In this document: piece after piece, positions 51,624 through 61,951 of the stretch
How positions within the stretch are numbered: the first letter of the stretch is position 1
How the letters are laid out: every line of letters starts with the position of its first letter
DNA from: an uncultured Paenochrobactrum sp.
GTDB taxonomy: Bacteria > Pseudomonadota > Alphaproteobacteria > Rhizobiales > Rhizobiaceae
Length of the DNA stretch: 64,000 nt
NCBI GenBank assembly: GCA_947627865.1
Contig: CANQXU010000001.1
Coordinates: 14,717 to 78,716, forward strand
Direction of reading: 5' to 3'
Notes under the pieces: generated by a model
What the model was told of the DNA's origin: nothing
Seen by the model: the letters and a program-made list of their open reading frames with translations, nothing else
The model's database searches: none
Translations under genes and position numbers: made by a program

Positions 51624-52892
51624 TCAACGCACCTTAGCAATAGGGATCTCGTTGACGTTTGTTGTGTATTCAGGAGACAACATTCCCCGCCTCATTTGCC
51701 AGGTAGGATCGCAACCCTTTCCTGCAAAGCCAATGTTGAATTTTCCCGACCGGTTCATGTCATCCAGCATTCGCATGAGCTCTTCACTTCTTTTGAATGG
51801 CTGTACTTCATTAAATAAATCGAACTGAGTTATCTTGGAATCGGTGAAGTCCGACAACATAATTCCGGCTTTGTGATACTGGTGGCCGTCTCGCCAAATT
51901 GCATTCAACGCCCTGACTGCGGCATTGATAATATCCCGCGTATCGGCGCTGGGATACACCAAGCGCTCGATGGCACGATTGCTGTACATTGAGCCGGGAG
52001 AATAGTGGCTGGTACTCACAAACACGGAGACCACACTGCACAGCTGGTCTTCTTCTCTTAACTTCATGCTAGCTCGCTCAGCGTAGCTGCATACCGCCTG
52101 GTGCATATCATCATACCGCTCAACTTTCTTACCGAACGATTTAGACGAGATGATCTGCTCCTTAACTTTCCGGACTTCCTCCAATTCGATACAAGCGTCC
52201 CCGTTAAGCTCCCGCACGGTCCTTTCAACAACAACCCCAAAGGTTTTTCTGATCATCGCAATATCAGCGTCGGCCAAGTCTAAAATGGTATGAATACCCA
52301 TGACCTTTAACTTCGCGGCGATGCGCCTTCCAACTCCCCACACATCACCCACCGGTAATAACGCCATCAATTTTCTTTGTCGCGTTTTTTGGCTCAAATC
52401 CACCACCCCGCCCGTTTTTGACCAGGACTTAGCCGCGTGATTAGCCAGTTTTGCGAGCGTTTTTGTGGGGCCAAAGCCTACGCCTACCGGGACGTGAGTG
52501 ATCTGTAATATGTCTTGCTGTATCGCGCGACCAAAATCTTCAAGGCTTGAGTTAGGTATTCTATCCGGCACAGTTAGAAAGGCCTCGTCAATTGAATACA
52601 CTTCCATACCGATTGAGAAGCCAGCTAATACAGACATAACACGGTCAGACACGTTTTGATAAAGCGAATAATTTGAACTAAACACCTGAACATTATGATA
52701 TTTAAAGAAGTTGATATTCTCAAAGTACAGCGCCCCCATTTTGATGCCCAGGGCTTTTGCTTCTTTTGAGCGCGATATGACAATGTGATCATTATTTGCC
52801 AACACAACGATAGGTAAACCTGCAAGCCGTGGGTTAAATGCCGCCTCACACGAACAGTAGAACGAATTAATATCTGCGAGACACAGCATCAC
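51624..52892 (-). CDS. umuC: Y-family DNA polymerase V subunit (UmuC/MucB/RumB-like)
   Basis: DINSFYCSCE, YSIDEAF, KTLAKLAN, WQMRRGMLSPEYTT. Confidence 0.95.
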   Translation of the reverse strand: MMLCLADINSFYCSCEAAFNPRLAGLPIVVLANNDHIVISRSKEAKALGIKMGALYFENINFFKYHNVQVFSSNYSLYQNVSDRVMSVLAGFSIGMEVYSIDEAFLTVPDRIPNSSLEDFGRAIQQDILQITHVPVGVGFGPTKTLAKLANHAAKSWSKTGGVVDLSQKTRQRKLMALLPVGDVWGVGRRIAAKLKVMGIHTILDLADADIAMIRKTFGVVVERTVRELNGDACIELEEVRKVKEQIISSKSFGKKVERYDDMHQAVCSYAERASMKLREEDQLCSVVSVFVSTSHYSPGSMYSNRAIERLVYPSADTRDIINAAVRALNAIWRDGHQYHKAGIMLSDFTDSKITQFDLFNEVQPFKRSEELMRMLDDMNRSGKFNIGFAGKGCDPTWQMRRGMLSPEYTTNVNEIPIAKVR

Positions 52893-53305
52893 AATGCCTT
52901 GTGAATTATGTACGTCACTACACCAAAAAGATTAAACTCTGAACCGGACGGGATTGGGATCGGTGAAAAGTCAGGGTTCATCGGAATGAGTGCTGGAAAT
53001 GGTGTTTTTTGGAGTTGTTTCACTGTAAATTCACCATCAATAGAAGCGATGACAATATTTCCATCATTGGCCTGAAGACTGCTATCGACGATAACGATAT
53101 CTCCATCACTGATGTTGGCATCAATCATGGATGTACCAGACACTCTCAAGAAATAGGTTCCTGCCGGATGTGTTATTAATAATTCATTTAAGTCTATGTT
53201 ATTTTTTGAATAATCCGAGGCTGGGGACGGGAATCCTGCGGGGATTAGAGCCTCGAAAAAAGGCAGTTTTATGCCCGCTGGTAATTCACATAATGAAAAA
53301 TGCAT
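52889..53305 (-). CDS. umuD: Pol V accessory subunit (UmuD/MucA/RumA-like)
   Basis: AGFPSPA cleavage site, GTSM catalytic Ser, FTVKQL catalytic Lys. Confidence 0.95.
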   Translation of the reverse strand: MHFSLCELPAGIKLPFFEALIPAGFPSPASDYSKNNIDLNELLITHPAGTYFLRVSGTSMIDANISDGDIVIVDSSLQANDGNIVIASIDGEFTVKQLQKTPFPALIPMNPDFSPIPIPSGSEFNLFGVVTYIIHKAL

Positions 53306-53322
53306 AACGCCACCTTCTTTGA

Positions 53323-53342
53323 TACTGTAAATATATACAGTA
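53323..53342. promoter_or_regulatory. LexA (SOS) box
   Basis: TACTGTAAATATATACAGTA just upstream of umuD. Confidence 0.92.
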
Positions 53343-53374
53343 TTATTATTCAGAGGCGAATGATTGTCTAGTAA

Positions 53375-53725
53375 CTATTTTTTGATGGTATTTTGGTAAT
53401 GAACATACTCACGATGCAGAAGTATTATAACCCCGCCCACCACAAAGCCTGAAATACTGCCCTGATATCCTTCCGGTGGGTGATAGCCGGTGATGATTGC
53501 GAGTAAAATACACGGAATACCAACCAATATAACCAGTGCTCTCACGAACTTCTGCCTGCCTGCTACCATTACAAATGCTAAGCCAAGGATGAAACCAAGA
53601 AATGTCGTCGCATCAACGCCCTCGTTTACAAGCTGAACTGCGGTTAATGCGACAATAAATATTGCGATGAATAACTTGTTTTTTTGGCTTAGGTACAAGT
53701 AACGGATGAATTCGAGTAACTGCAT
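53375..53725 (-). CDS. Small four-TM membrane protein
   Basis: Hydrophobic pattern, directly downstream of the GntR gene. Confidence 0.65.
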   Translation of the reverse strand: MQLLEFIRYLYLSQKNKLFIAIFIVALTAVQLVNEGVDATTFLGFILGLAFVMVAGRQKFVRALVILVGIPCILLAIITGYHPPEGYQGSISGFVVGGVIILLHREYVHYQNTIKK

Positions 53726-53730
53726 TAAAC

Positions 53731-54441
53731 TTAACCCTTCCCGTGAATATCCATATACAATTTTAAGCCACTGTCGATGGAATTGGTGAAAATTTGAATG
53801 ACACTGTCTGCATTCCTACTGAGCAGCGCATCACGCAAAGGAAAATAATATTTAGGCCAATCTTCTAGTGATGTGGTTCCATAAAGAAAGTGGAAGCTAG
53901 GTCCAACACTGACCCAGAGCTGGGTAATCAACGCCATAAGTTCAGGAGAATTAGAGAGTGAAAACATGCGCAACCTCAACGCCCAGTGTAGCTGAACGGC
54001 AGTTTGAATTTCCCCGGACAAGTGAGCCACTTCAAGATCTCGAGTCAGTTCCACAAGCGAGCCAAGATCGTCATCAGACATGATATTGATTGAGCGAGTG
54101 ATCGCGGGCAACTCCAATAACTTCCGGATGCCCATCAATTCAATAAGGCGGTCTGGTTGAATTTCGGGAACCAGAAATGCATGCGAAGGTGAAACATCCA
54201 GCGCCCCATATGAAGAAAGCCTGACCAATGCCTCTCGGACAGGGGTGATGCTCATATTTAACGAATTCGCAATGTCTTTGGTGACCACCTTTTGTCATGG
54301 CGCAAGAAACCCCAATATAAGGGCACATTTTAGGCGGTTTTCAACTTGCTGGGTTAAGCTGATCCTACGCGGAGGTTTTGCATTTAATGAGGAAAGAACC
54401 CGATCTGAAATATCACTTAATTTAAATTTTTTTTTATTCAT
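53731..54441 (-). pseudogene. McbR/YncC-like GntR-FCD regulator with an internal nonsense codon
   Basis: From ATG 54441: ...SLTQQVENRLKCALILGFLAP*QKVVTKDIANSLNMSITPVREAL; TGA at 54295-54297. Confidence 0.8.
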
Positions 54442-54622
54442 AACAACATATTCCGTGGTGTTTTATGCCTAACAAAGTATTGATAGGAATAATTAATTAG
54501 AATTGAATCTTATTGAAAAAGCAATTTAAAGAAGTAAACATATCTTTCATGTCATACGGTCGTGATGCTTTCAGGCTTGAAGCCGAGTATCCTATGGGCT
54601 GGGACTGAGGTAATCGAGAGAG

Positions 54623-55219
54623 GTGGTGAAAGTGAAGGGGTTGATCGATTGTAAGGATATGGAGATTATAGAACAAATTCATAGCATAACGGATTCGCTA
54701 GGAAGCAAGGGATTCTCCTATGCTGTTAAGCCTAAGAGCAAACAGCAAAACCCATCTATTGTTTCAAACTTCCCTCAGCACTGGAAAAACAAGTATGAAA
54801 AACTATCATTTCATCACATCGATCCTATCATGGTCTACGCTCAAAAAAGTACACTTCCTTTTCACTGGGTGGATGTAGGAAGTAAACCATTTTTGGATGT
54901 GAGGAATGTTAGGGTATCCAAGCATGTAATTCCTGGTGTTTTGAATGGGTACACCATCCCCTTACATGACCATATGGATAACGTTATTGCTTTTAGTGTT
55001 TGGGGTGAAAAGCAACAACTAGAAATGATGGAGAACGACAAACGCCTTAATGATGACGTATACAGAAGAATTCTTATCCTTCATGAAAGCACATTGCAAA
55101 AATACAACCAGTGCCCAGAAGATAAATTGCAGATCCTCAGCGCTAGAGAGCTACAGGTTTTAAATCTGGTAAACAGGTTGTTTGAATGTCCATTGAGAAG
55201 ATATTGCCCGCATTGCTGA
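54623..55219 (+). pseudogene. LuxR-type autoinducer-binding regulator lacking its HTH
   Basis: SNFPQHW...Y...IDPI...PFHW...NGYTIPLHD; similarity ends at LSARELQVLNLV. Confidence 0.8.
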
Positions 55220-56328
55220 ACAATCGATTCACTGGCAACCGCATGCTGATTCATGGTGTAGCTATCGCGTAACCATTTGTCCATTGGGGTTTCTCTTTTA
55301 TAGATCAAAGCCCCACCAACAAGGTCATAAAGGGATGAGATAATTTGCCGGGAAACTTCGAACGCTTGCTGCCTTGCCAAGGCAACAGTAATGCGCCGCA
55401 TATCGCTTAGAGGCTCTTTACCCGTAAGACTATCCCATTGCTCACTTAGAGAGGAATATACAGCGCTACGGGCGCTATAGAGCGCAATTTCGGACTGTGC
55501 AAGGACCATCTGTACGCGTGAGCTGTTTTTCCATGAAACGGACAATGAACGGTCGAACTTGTGTTCGGCGAGGCTGATTGCATAGTCCAGCGATGCGCGA
55601 GCCATCCCCAGAGGTATCCCTGCCATATTGCGCAGGATCGCATCAGGAACGTCATGCAAAGGGCCTTTACGATACGGCTCACTAAAACTGAAGCTGTGTT
55701 CAAAAGGAATAAACAAATCGTTGGCGCAATAATCACGACTTCCACTTGCTGCTAGTCCTGTTGTGTGCCAATTATCCAGCAATTCGTACTCATCTGGTTT
55801 AGCCATCATAACCCGCCAAATCGGCGCTCCTTGTGCATCTAAGAGCTTATTTCCGTTTTGGTAAACGTAGCACCCAGCGCTGAGTATGTCGCAGTGGCTT
55901 AATCCACTACCAAACCGCCAGCGGCCAGTAACGCGATATCCACCAGGCACTATTTCAGCTTTCCCTTGTGGATGTATCCAACCTGCTGTTATGGAGTCAA
56001 CAGTGAACATGTTGCGGGCCACTGACTCTTCTATAAAGCCTGAGTAGATCCCAGAGTCACTACCAATCATTGCACACCAAGCTACAGCTGCATCACCTAC
56101 CGCAAGCTGCTCAATAATCTGCGTTTGTTGAGGTGAGGTTAGTTCCAGTCCTCCCCATTCCATAGGGAAATTCATTCTAAATACACCGATCCTTTTGAGT
56201 TTGTTAACTACCTCGGTGGGTAACCGGCGCTGTTCTTCGAACGCTCGACTTTCAGGAGAAACTTCCTTCGCCAGTTTTTTTGCATCAAGTAACAATGATT
56301 CGAATGAGATTGCGTGCATTTTGCTCAC
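55081..56328 (-). CDS. Acyl-CoA-dehydrogenase-fold flavin monooxygenase (oxygenase component) with aberrant C-terminal tail
   Basis: RRLP, P.EWGGLE, GRWRFGSG, WHTTGLAASGSRD; tail reads through luxR antisense. Confidence 0.85.
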   Translation of the reverse strand: MSKMHAISFESLLLDAKKLAKEVSPESRAFEEQRRLPTEVVNKLKRIGVFRMNFPMEWGGLELTSPQQTQIIEQLAVGDAAVAWCAMIGSDSGIYSGFIEESVARNMFTVDSITAGWIHPQGKAEIVPGGYRVTGRWRFGSGLSHCDILSAGCYVYQNGNKLLDAQGAPIWRVMMAKPDEYELLDNWHTTGLAASGSRDYCANDLFIPFEHSFSFSEPYRKGPLHDVPDAILRNMAGIPLGMARASLDYAISLAEHKFDRSLSVSWKNSSRVQMVLAQSEIALYSARSAVYSSLSEQWDSLTGKEPLSDMRRITVALARQQAFEVSRQIISSLYDLVGGALIYKRETPMDKWLRDSYTMNQHAVASESIVQQCGQYLLNGHSNNLFTRFKTCSSLALRICNLSSGHWLYFCNVLS

Positions 56329-57771
56329 CTATAAATATCGGTCATTACTGATAATATTATTGGGGTCAATGAATTGTTTTAATTCACGAACGAAGCATCT
56401 TTCACCTTCGCCGGGTGTGACTAGTGATGCCCATTTGGCATGCTCAACACCCAGCCGGTACGGGATAAATCCTTTGGCCGTAAATTTTTCATGTAACTTA
56501 TTTAAGGCTGCTAACGCATCCGCCGACTCTTTCTCGGTTATCTTAAAAGCGATAGATACGACCAGGTCAATTACATCACCGCTAAGGGCGTTGATCGTAG
56601 CTCCACAAAGAATTCCTGTATCTTTGTGAACCTCATCAATCAACTGATAGGCCATTTCCAAGGCATCAGAAGTAAAAGGAATTAACGGGAGGAAGAAGAT
56701 CCAGCCATTGCCACCAGCATCAATTTTGGTATGACCGGCCCCCAGCGTTTTCCTAAGCAGAGTGTCATTTAGTGAGGTATCGCCAACATGCGCGGCTTCA
56801 ACTAAATTTGCGATTACATCAGGCCCAGGGTAATTACCTTCGGTGACCGGATTGGATGTCACATTTGTGAACACTTGTGAAGACTCGCACAGCCTTTTGA
56901 TCAAACTAACTCGCTGCACGACATCATCAGATAAGCCGTCTACACACAGGTGGACAGTATATAAGCCGTCACTACCCCCGTAAGTTGAATTGGCCGTGGT
57001 GTCATAAATCTTCAATACACCACTACTGAGCCCATTGGCTACCCACTTTTTCAACAGCTGTATTGCTGGTGAAAGCAATTTCCGGCTGAAGTTAAATCGA
57101 ACTACATTGGTGCTTTCAGGGCGGTTATGGAGTTTGATTACTCCCGCCGTGATGATCCCAAAACTCGACTGAGCAAAGAATTGTACCAGCGAGGGCCCAA
57201 CACCATGTGAATACACAGGCGTTTCAACATGGCTGGGCCACCAGCCAACGCGAATAACTTTTCCCGTTGGCAATAGAACTTCAATGCCAACAAGGTCTTC
57301 AGTCCGTTGGTGACGAAGCCCGACCCCTCTATCCAGCGAGTTGCCGAGGAAGCTAGAGTGAGCAGAAGACGCTGTTATGTTTAACATTTTTGGGGTGCCA
57401 ATTAACAGCTCAGACAGCTCACCTTGAGTCACGCCAGGCTCAATAATTGCCCAGCCTTGGTCAGTATCAATTTTTCGTACTGTATTTAATTTTTGTAGTT
57501 CAACAAGGTAGCTACCATCAGCAAGATCCTCCTTAGAACCAAGTCCCCAGTTATACCCAACACTTACAGGGTGCAATCGGGTTCCTGGAAACTCATTTGC
57601 GCCGATCACAATCTGCTGGAGATCAATGAATGAATTTGGCCTAAAAATCCCTTTAATTTTCCTACGGCGAAAAGCACTGACGTTATCAGGCAGACGTTTT
57701 GCTCTGAACACACATTCACCATCAACACGAGACTCGATATAGCTCAAGAAATCTTCTTTCATGATATTCAC
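56329..57771 (-). CDS. FAD-linked oxidase, VAO/p-cresol methylhydroxylase-like
   Basis: PVSVGYNWGLGS, IEPGVTQ, GNSLDRGVG, QSSFGIIT, PYRLG, IDPNNII. Confidence 0.88.
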   Translation of the reverse strand: MNIMKEDFLSYIESRVDGECVFRAKRLPDNVSAFRRRKIKGIFRPNSFIDLQQIVIGANEFPGTRLHPVSVGYNWGLGSKEDLADGSYLVELQKLNTVRKIDTDQGWAIIEPGVTQGELSELLIGTPKMLNITASSAHSSFLGNSLDRGVGLRHQRTEDLVGIEVLLPTGKVIRVGWWPSHVETPVYSHGVGPSLVQFFAQSSFGIITAGVIKLHNRPESTNVVRFNFSRKLLSPAIQLLKKWVANGLSSGVLKIYDTTANSTYGGSDGLYTVHLCVDGLSDDVVQRVSLIKRLCESSQVFTNVTSNPVTEGNYPGPDVIANLVEAAHVGDTSLNDTLLRKTLGAGHTKIDAGGNGWIFFLPLIPFTSDALEMAYQLIDEVHKDTGILCGATINALSGDVIDLVVSIAFKITEKESADALAALNKLHEKFTAKGFIPYRLGVEHAKWASLVTPGEGERCFVRELKQFIDPNNIISNDRYL

Positions 57772-57792
57772 TTATATGGATAAATTATTACT

Positions 57793-58735
57793 TCAGGGTT
57801 TTGTTTTTACGTAACTCAGTTGATCACTGAAAGTACCATCCTGATTAATTAGACGGGTTTTACTGACACCTTCATGAATGTAGCCTGCTTTCAGTGCGAC
57901 TTTTTTGGAGGCCACGTTTTCGGGTTTAACGCCTAACTCCAGACGATAGAACCCCCCCCTCAGTCATGAGCCACTCTGAAAACATCTTTAGAGCTAAGGA
58001 AGCATAACCTTTGCCTCGAAAGCCTGAGTAGACACCGTAGCCAACATCACCTACGTTGGGGGGAACTACAGGCCGAAGGCTGATTCTTCCTATTAGTTCT
58101 TGCGTTTTATTTTCAAAAATCGAGAGCATCATTTTTTTTCCCAGCAACCAATACAGTCCAGCTAAGCGACAGTCTTTATCAAACTGAGAAAATGGAATGT
58201 CAGGATAGATAGACCAAAATCGAGTAATAGAGTCGTGGTGATCTTGGAACATTCGAGTTCCATCTGGCCGGGAAGAAACGCGTAGTGTTAGCACTCCATC
58301 GGACAGCCCTTCTTTAGGAAATGGAGTGAAGGATTTTTGAACAGATTTAGGACTTGTGAATTGTAGTTCAACCACATCAACATCAGAGCCGTTAGGATCT
58401 TTAAACGCAATCAATCCACTTGAACTGAATCCAACATTCAACGCAGCGGCCACGGCTGGCAGGTTGTCCGATTTAATATGGGTAAGAACGGTTTTTCCGG
58501 CCAGCTCAAATTCAAGAAGTTGGGGGGTAAGCTTTAGATATTCAGATACGGGATCCGAACACTCTCCCAAAGAATGGGAGATGACGTTTTCAGATACTGG
58601 GTGAAGACTAAATAATGACACAACGCCGTTTGAATCAGCTAGGCGAACAGCACGGTGATGCATGTTTAGGGAGTCTAGAGCATGCTTAATATCGCTGCAA
58701 AGCAGTGGGGAAGTTGCATGAAGTAGGGAGATCAT
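57793..58735 (-). pseudogene. RimJ/RimL-type GNAT acetyltransferase frameshifted at a G8 run
   Basis: VGYGVYSGFRGKGYA; removing one G at 57952-57959 restores FYRLELGVKPENVASKKVALKAGYIHEG...KTKP*. Confidence 0.8.
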
Positions 58736-58838
58736 CGTTAAACCTGTAAGAAGATTATTTAGGCTAGGATGTAGAGCATATAGCCAATTCTTGCAGGTTT
58801 AACCTACACAAAAGGGTGGTTTATTGTGCAACGTTTTA

Positions 58839-59192
58839 TTATGGCGTTGTCGTGTTGATGGTCTTTGTCGCTATTTCCAGTTCCTCAATGGTAACACTGC
58901 CTTGAAGTATGCCTAATCGGGTGGCGAGGTTTAGACGGCAGTTGACATAGAGCCAAGCCATAGCCCCCATACAGTAGGATTCGCGGCCTGATGGCTGATA
59001 CTGCCCTTCTTCCATGTCGTCTGCACTACCCTGGTAGGTCGTCTTGTGACAGAAGAAAACCTCTTGGTCTGATGAAAGCAATGTGCGTTTAATGTCATCC
59101 AAGCGCCCTTCTGCCAGCGAGATCCCTCCCACCTTTCTGAAGGGGCAATTTGTACAAGGTTTTTTTACTGCAAACAGTTTTTTAATGTTCAT
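58839..59192 (-). CDS. Cys/His-rich hypothetical protein (DUF6283-like)
   Basis: PCTNCPFR...FFCHK...CMGA; GGAG RBS. Confidence 0.7.
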   Translation of the reverse strand: MNIKKLFAVKKPCTNCPFRKVGGISLAEGRLDDIKRTLLSSDQEVFFCHKTTYQGSADDMEEGQYQPSGRESYCMGAMAWLYVNCRLNLATRLGILQGSVTIEELEIATKTINTTTP

Positions 59193-59286
59193 GATTCTCC
59201 ACCGAATTGGGCATAAACATCACGCTGAATAACATTAAGCAAGTGCGGCCAAACAGCACCATTTGGTAGCTCACCGAGTCGATTCA

Positions 59287-59850
59287 TCAAAAAATCCTCA
59301 CGAGTAAATCCGGAGTTGATTGCTTGGTATAGACATTACCACCACAAGGTTCGCCGTCGAAAGAACACCAACCCCAGGCCGAGTCAACTGCGGTTCCTTT
59401 GAGCACTCTGTCGATGCGCGGTAGCTGAAGCATGGCTTCATCATGCAGAGCGGTGTTAGTCTGCTTGAGCATCGGGAGGATCCGGTTACCCATTTCCCAC
59501 AAGTGGAACAGGATACTTTCATTCACGCCGGGTCTTGCTATCTCATGTATTTCGGGGAGTATTTTTTGAATCTGGCACAGCTGCTGTTCCCAGTTAACAT
59601 AGAGATCAACTTCCGCCTCGATAGCGGTACGATCAGTAATGACATACGCGCCGTAGATGCGGTGCATTAACACGATGACATCCAGCTCACACAGCCCGTC
59701 ATTAAGGAAGTTGAAGGACGGAAGGTTGAAGTGCATAAACTGAAGATAAGCAACAGCCACATTGACCTGACGCAAACTCATTGTGGTTTCAATCGCGTAA
59801 AAATCATCTTTCCGAATTGCGTAGGTATGAGTAATACGAAACTTATTCAT
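59287..59850 (-). CDS. Hypothetical protein
   Basis: Last gene of an overlap-coupled operon. Confidence 0.7.
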   Translation of the reverse strand: MNKFRITHTYAIRKDDFYAIETTMSLRQVNVAVAYLQFMHFNLPSFNFLNDGLCELDVIVLMHRIYGAYVITDRTAIEAEVDLYVNWEQQLCQIQKILPEIHEIARPGVNESILFHLWEMGNRILPMLKQTNTALHDEAMLQLPRIDRVLKGTAVDSAWGWCSFDGEPCGGNVYTKQSTPDLLVRIF

Positions 59851-60365
59851 TTCTTACCACCTAAATCCCAGTGCCCAGGGATCGAGTCACTTAAAAGTAG
59901 TAACGGAGTGTGTTGCCCACCTGATGGGTACCGTTCGTCCAAAGCGGTATACACGTCATCTGCATCCAAATCCGTCACTCGTAACGCATCCACTAGTCGA
60001 CAAACGTTCTGCCCTTTGCGTTCCAGATCTACGAGCAAAACGACGACTCGGCATAAGCCTTGCTTAGCACTGGCCTGCGTATATCGAAGTTCGCATGCGA
60101 TTGTATTGGCTTCAGGACTGTTCGGAATATTCAGTTGCAGATAGGCAATGGCCGCAGCTCGGTTGTGCTCAAGGTTTTTAACCAACGTTCGGATTAATAC
60201 TGGTATCGCACCAAGATGATGAGGTGATGTCACAATATTAAGTGAGTCACTCATGACAATCATTTTATTGGTCAATTTCCAAAGGTAGGTGCGGTTATTA
60301 TTGTCCAGAACATAAAGAAAACGGAGCAAAATCACGATAATGGCGATCAGCACGTACACCATCAT
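59847..60365 (-). CDS. Hypothetical protein with N-terminal TM
   Basis: ATGA coupling with both neighbours. Confidence 0.68.
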   Translation of the reverse strand: MMVYVLIAIIVILLRFLYVLDNNNRTYLWKLTNKMIVMSDSLNIVTSPHHLGAIPVLIRTLVKNLEHNRAAAIAYLQLNIPNSPEANTIACELRYTQASAKQGLCRVVVLLVDLERKGQNVCRLVDALRVTDLDADDVYTALDERYPSGGQHTPLLLLSDSIPGHWDLGGKK

Positions 60366-60796
60366 TTAACTCCGTATTTGATGTCTACTTGCTCGGCGCG
60401 CGCAATGCTCCCGGCAATCAATTGCTCGCACTTCTCACGGCGAAAATCTGGGCCTGCCCCGATCTCATCAAACTGAGTTTTCAGCTGGCCGGTGAATTGC
60501 TCAATATTTTCACGCATTTTTTCTGTCATGGCCTGCGCTCTTTCATCAGTGCTTTCTTCGGTACCGAGCGCTTTATGTAACGCCTGCTGCATTTTAAGGG
60601 CTACCTCTTGGCCTCGCGAACTTGGGCTTTCAATGTACGCTCGGCACTCAGCAATTGAGGTCAGTACAGCACCGTGTGAGCCTGCAATTTCGCCGATGGC
60701 TTCGTTAGGCAAAGGCGCGGCTTTTGCTGTGGCAAAGCCCAGAGATAGCATTATGATTATTAATGTAGCGATGGGGAGTTTCATGGTTAACCTCAT
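60362..60796 (-). CDS. Secreted helical hypothetical protein
   Basis: Signal peptide ending AKA, two Cys. Confidence 0.7.
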   Translation of the reverse strand: MRLTMKLPIATLIIIMLSLGFATAKAAPLPNEAIGEIAGSHGAVLTSIAECRAYIESPSSRGQEVALKMQQALHKALGTEESTDERAQAMTEKMRENIEQFTGQLKTQFDEIGAGPDFRREKCEQLIAGSIARAEQVDIKYGVK

Positions 60797-61563
60797 AGTT
60801 TAATTTCGACAGGCAAAGACAGCGCGGCAATACGTTGGATAACAGCGGTTAATAGCGCGATGGGAACGATGGAAGAAAACACCAACCAGTCACTGTTGAG
60901 TGACGTATACGACCACAGAGCGAGCACGGCAAGTGAAAGCATGGCGATGATAATCATAATGCTCACGTTGCGAAATACGGCCAAGAAGACCGTTTTGAAG
61001 TTACGAAATAATGAGCTCTCACAGCGCACCACAGTCCCGATGAACATTAGCATCATGGGCAGGATGATAAAGGTTGTGAACGTCACCAGGCTGTACATGT
61101 TGAAGTAGACCGGGAATAACGACAGGGAGCCTTGTGGCTGGGAGACAGGATCCATTACTAACGGGACTGGAACCTGAGTGTTACCTGCGGCAGCGCTGGC
61201 CGTTGGCATATAAAGGCTGAAGCACCAAAGCGCAAACACCAACAAGAATGTGGCAATAACACCGGCAAACAAAGTCACTAGCAGGTTACGGATGTGGTTT
61301 TTCACAGGCAGTCTTTTGCCAGTGATCTTTTGATGGGTCAGCGTCATCATCACCAGTGAGGCAATGAATACGGGTTGAAGGATGAAGAAACCAATATCGG
61401 CCATTGAGAGTCTCTGCATCATCAGGGAAAGTAATCCCCCTCCAATTAAGGCCGGAACAACCAGCATTAAAACTCCATAAACGCTTACAAATGATTTACA
61501 GGTTTCGATGAAAACGGGCTTGATAGAATGGGAGCTAACTTTCGCGTGTTGCATGGTGGACAT
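60793..61563 (-). CDS. Multi-TM membrane protein
   Basis: About six TMs; ATG 61563 with AAGGGA RBS. Confidence 0.7.
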   Translation of the reverse strand: MSTMQHAKVSSHSIKPVFIETCKSFVSVYGVLMLVVPALIGGGLLSLMMQRLSMADIGFFILQPVFIASLVMMTLTHQKITGKRLPVKNHIRNLLVTLFAGVIATFLLVFALWCFSLYMPTASAAAGNTQVPVPLVMDPVSQPQGSLSLFPVYFNMYSLVTFTTFIILPMMLMFIGTVVRCESSLFRNFKTVFLAVFRNVSIMIIIAMLSLAVLALWSYTSLNSDWLVFSSIVPIALLTAVIQRIAALSLPVEIKL

Positions 61564-61588
61564 TGGAAATCCCTTATTTAAATATGGA

Positions 61589-61951
61589 CTATTGACCGCA
61601 ACGCTTTTGGTGCGACGAGTGTGAAATGACATTGACCAGGTCACGACGCTTTCGGCGCGTGCTAAGGTCTACAACGTTGGAGCCTGTAGATCGTGAGGCA
61701 AGAATAGTCACCTCGGCAGGTTGATAAGCTTTCAGACGGATACCTTGGAATGTTAACGGGATTCCCTCTCCGCCATCTTCATTGCAACGACCACCAGCGA
61801 GCTCATGGAGTTTCATGCGCTGTTTCACATCAGAGGCCTTGCGGCGAAACTCATCCATGCTCCGGCGATCAGCCAGGCACTTCGAAAGTTCGTCGTTGCT
61901 CAATGTAAAGCGGTAGACCACCAGCTTTAACCAATGTTTAAATTTACCCAT
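61589..61951 (-). CDS. Hypothetical protein
   Basis: AGGAAG RBS, first gene of the operon. Confidence 0.6.
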   Translation of the reverse strand: MGKFKHWLKLVVYRFTLSNDELSKCLADRRSMDEFRRKASDVKQRMKLHELAGGRCNEDGGEGIPLTFQGIRLKAYQPAEVTILASRSTGSNVVDLSTRRKRRDLVNVISHSSHQKRCGQ

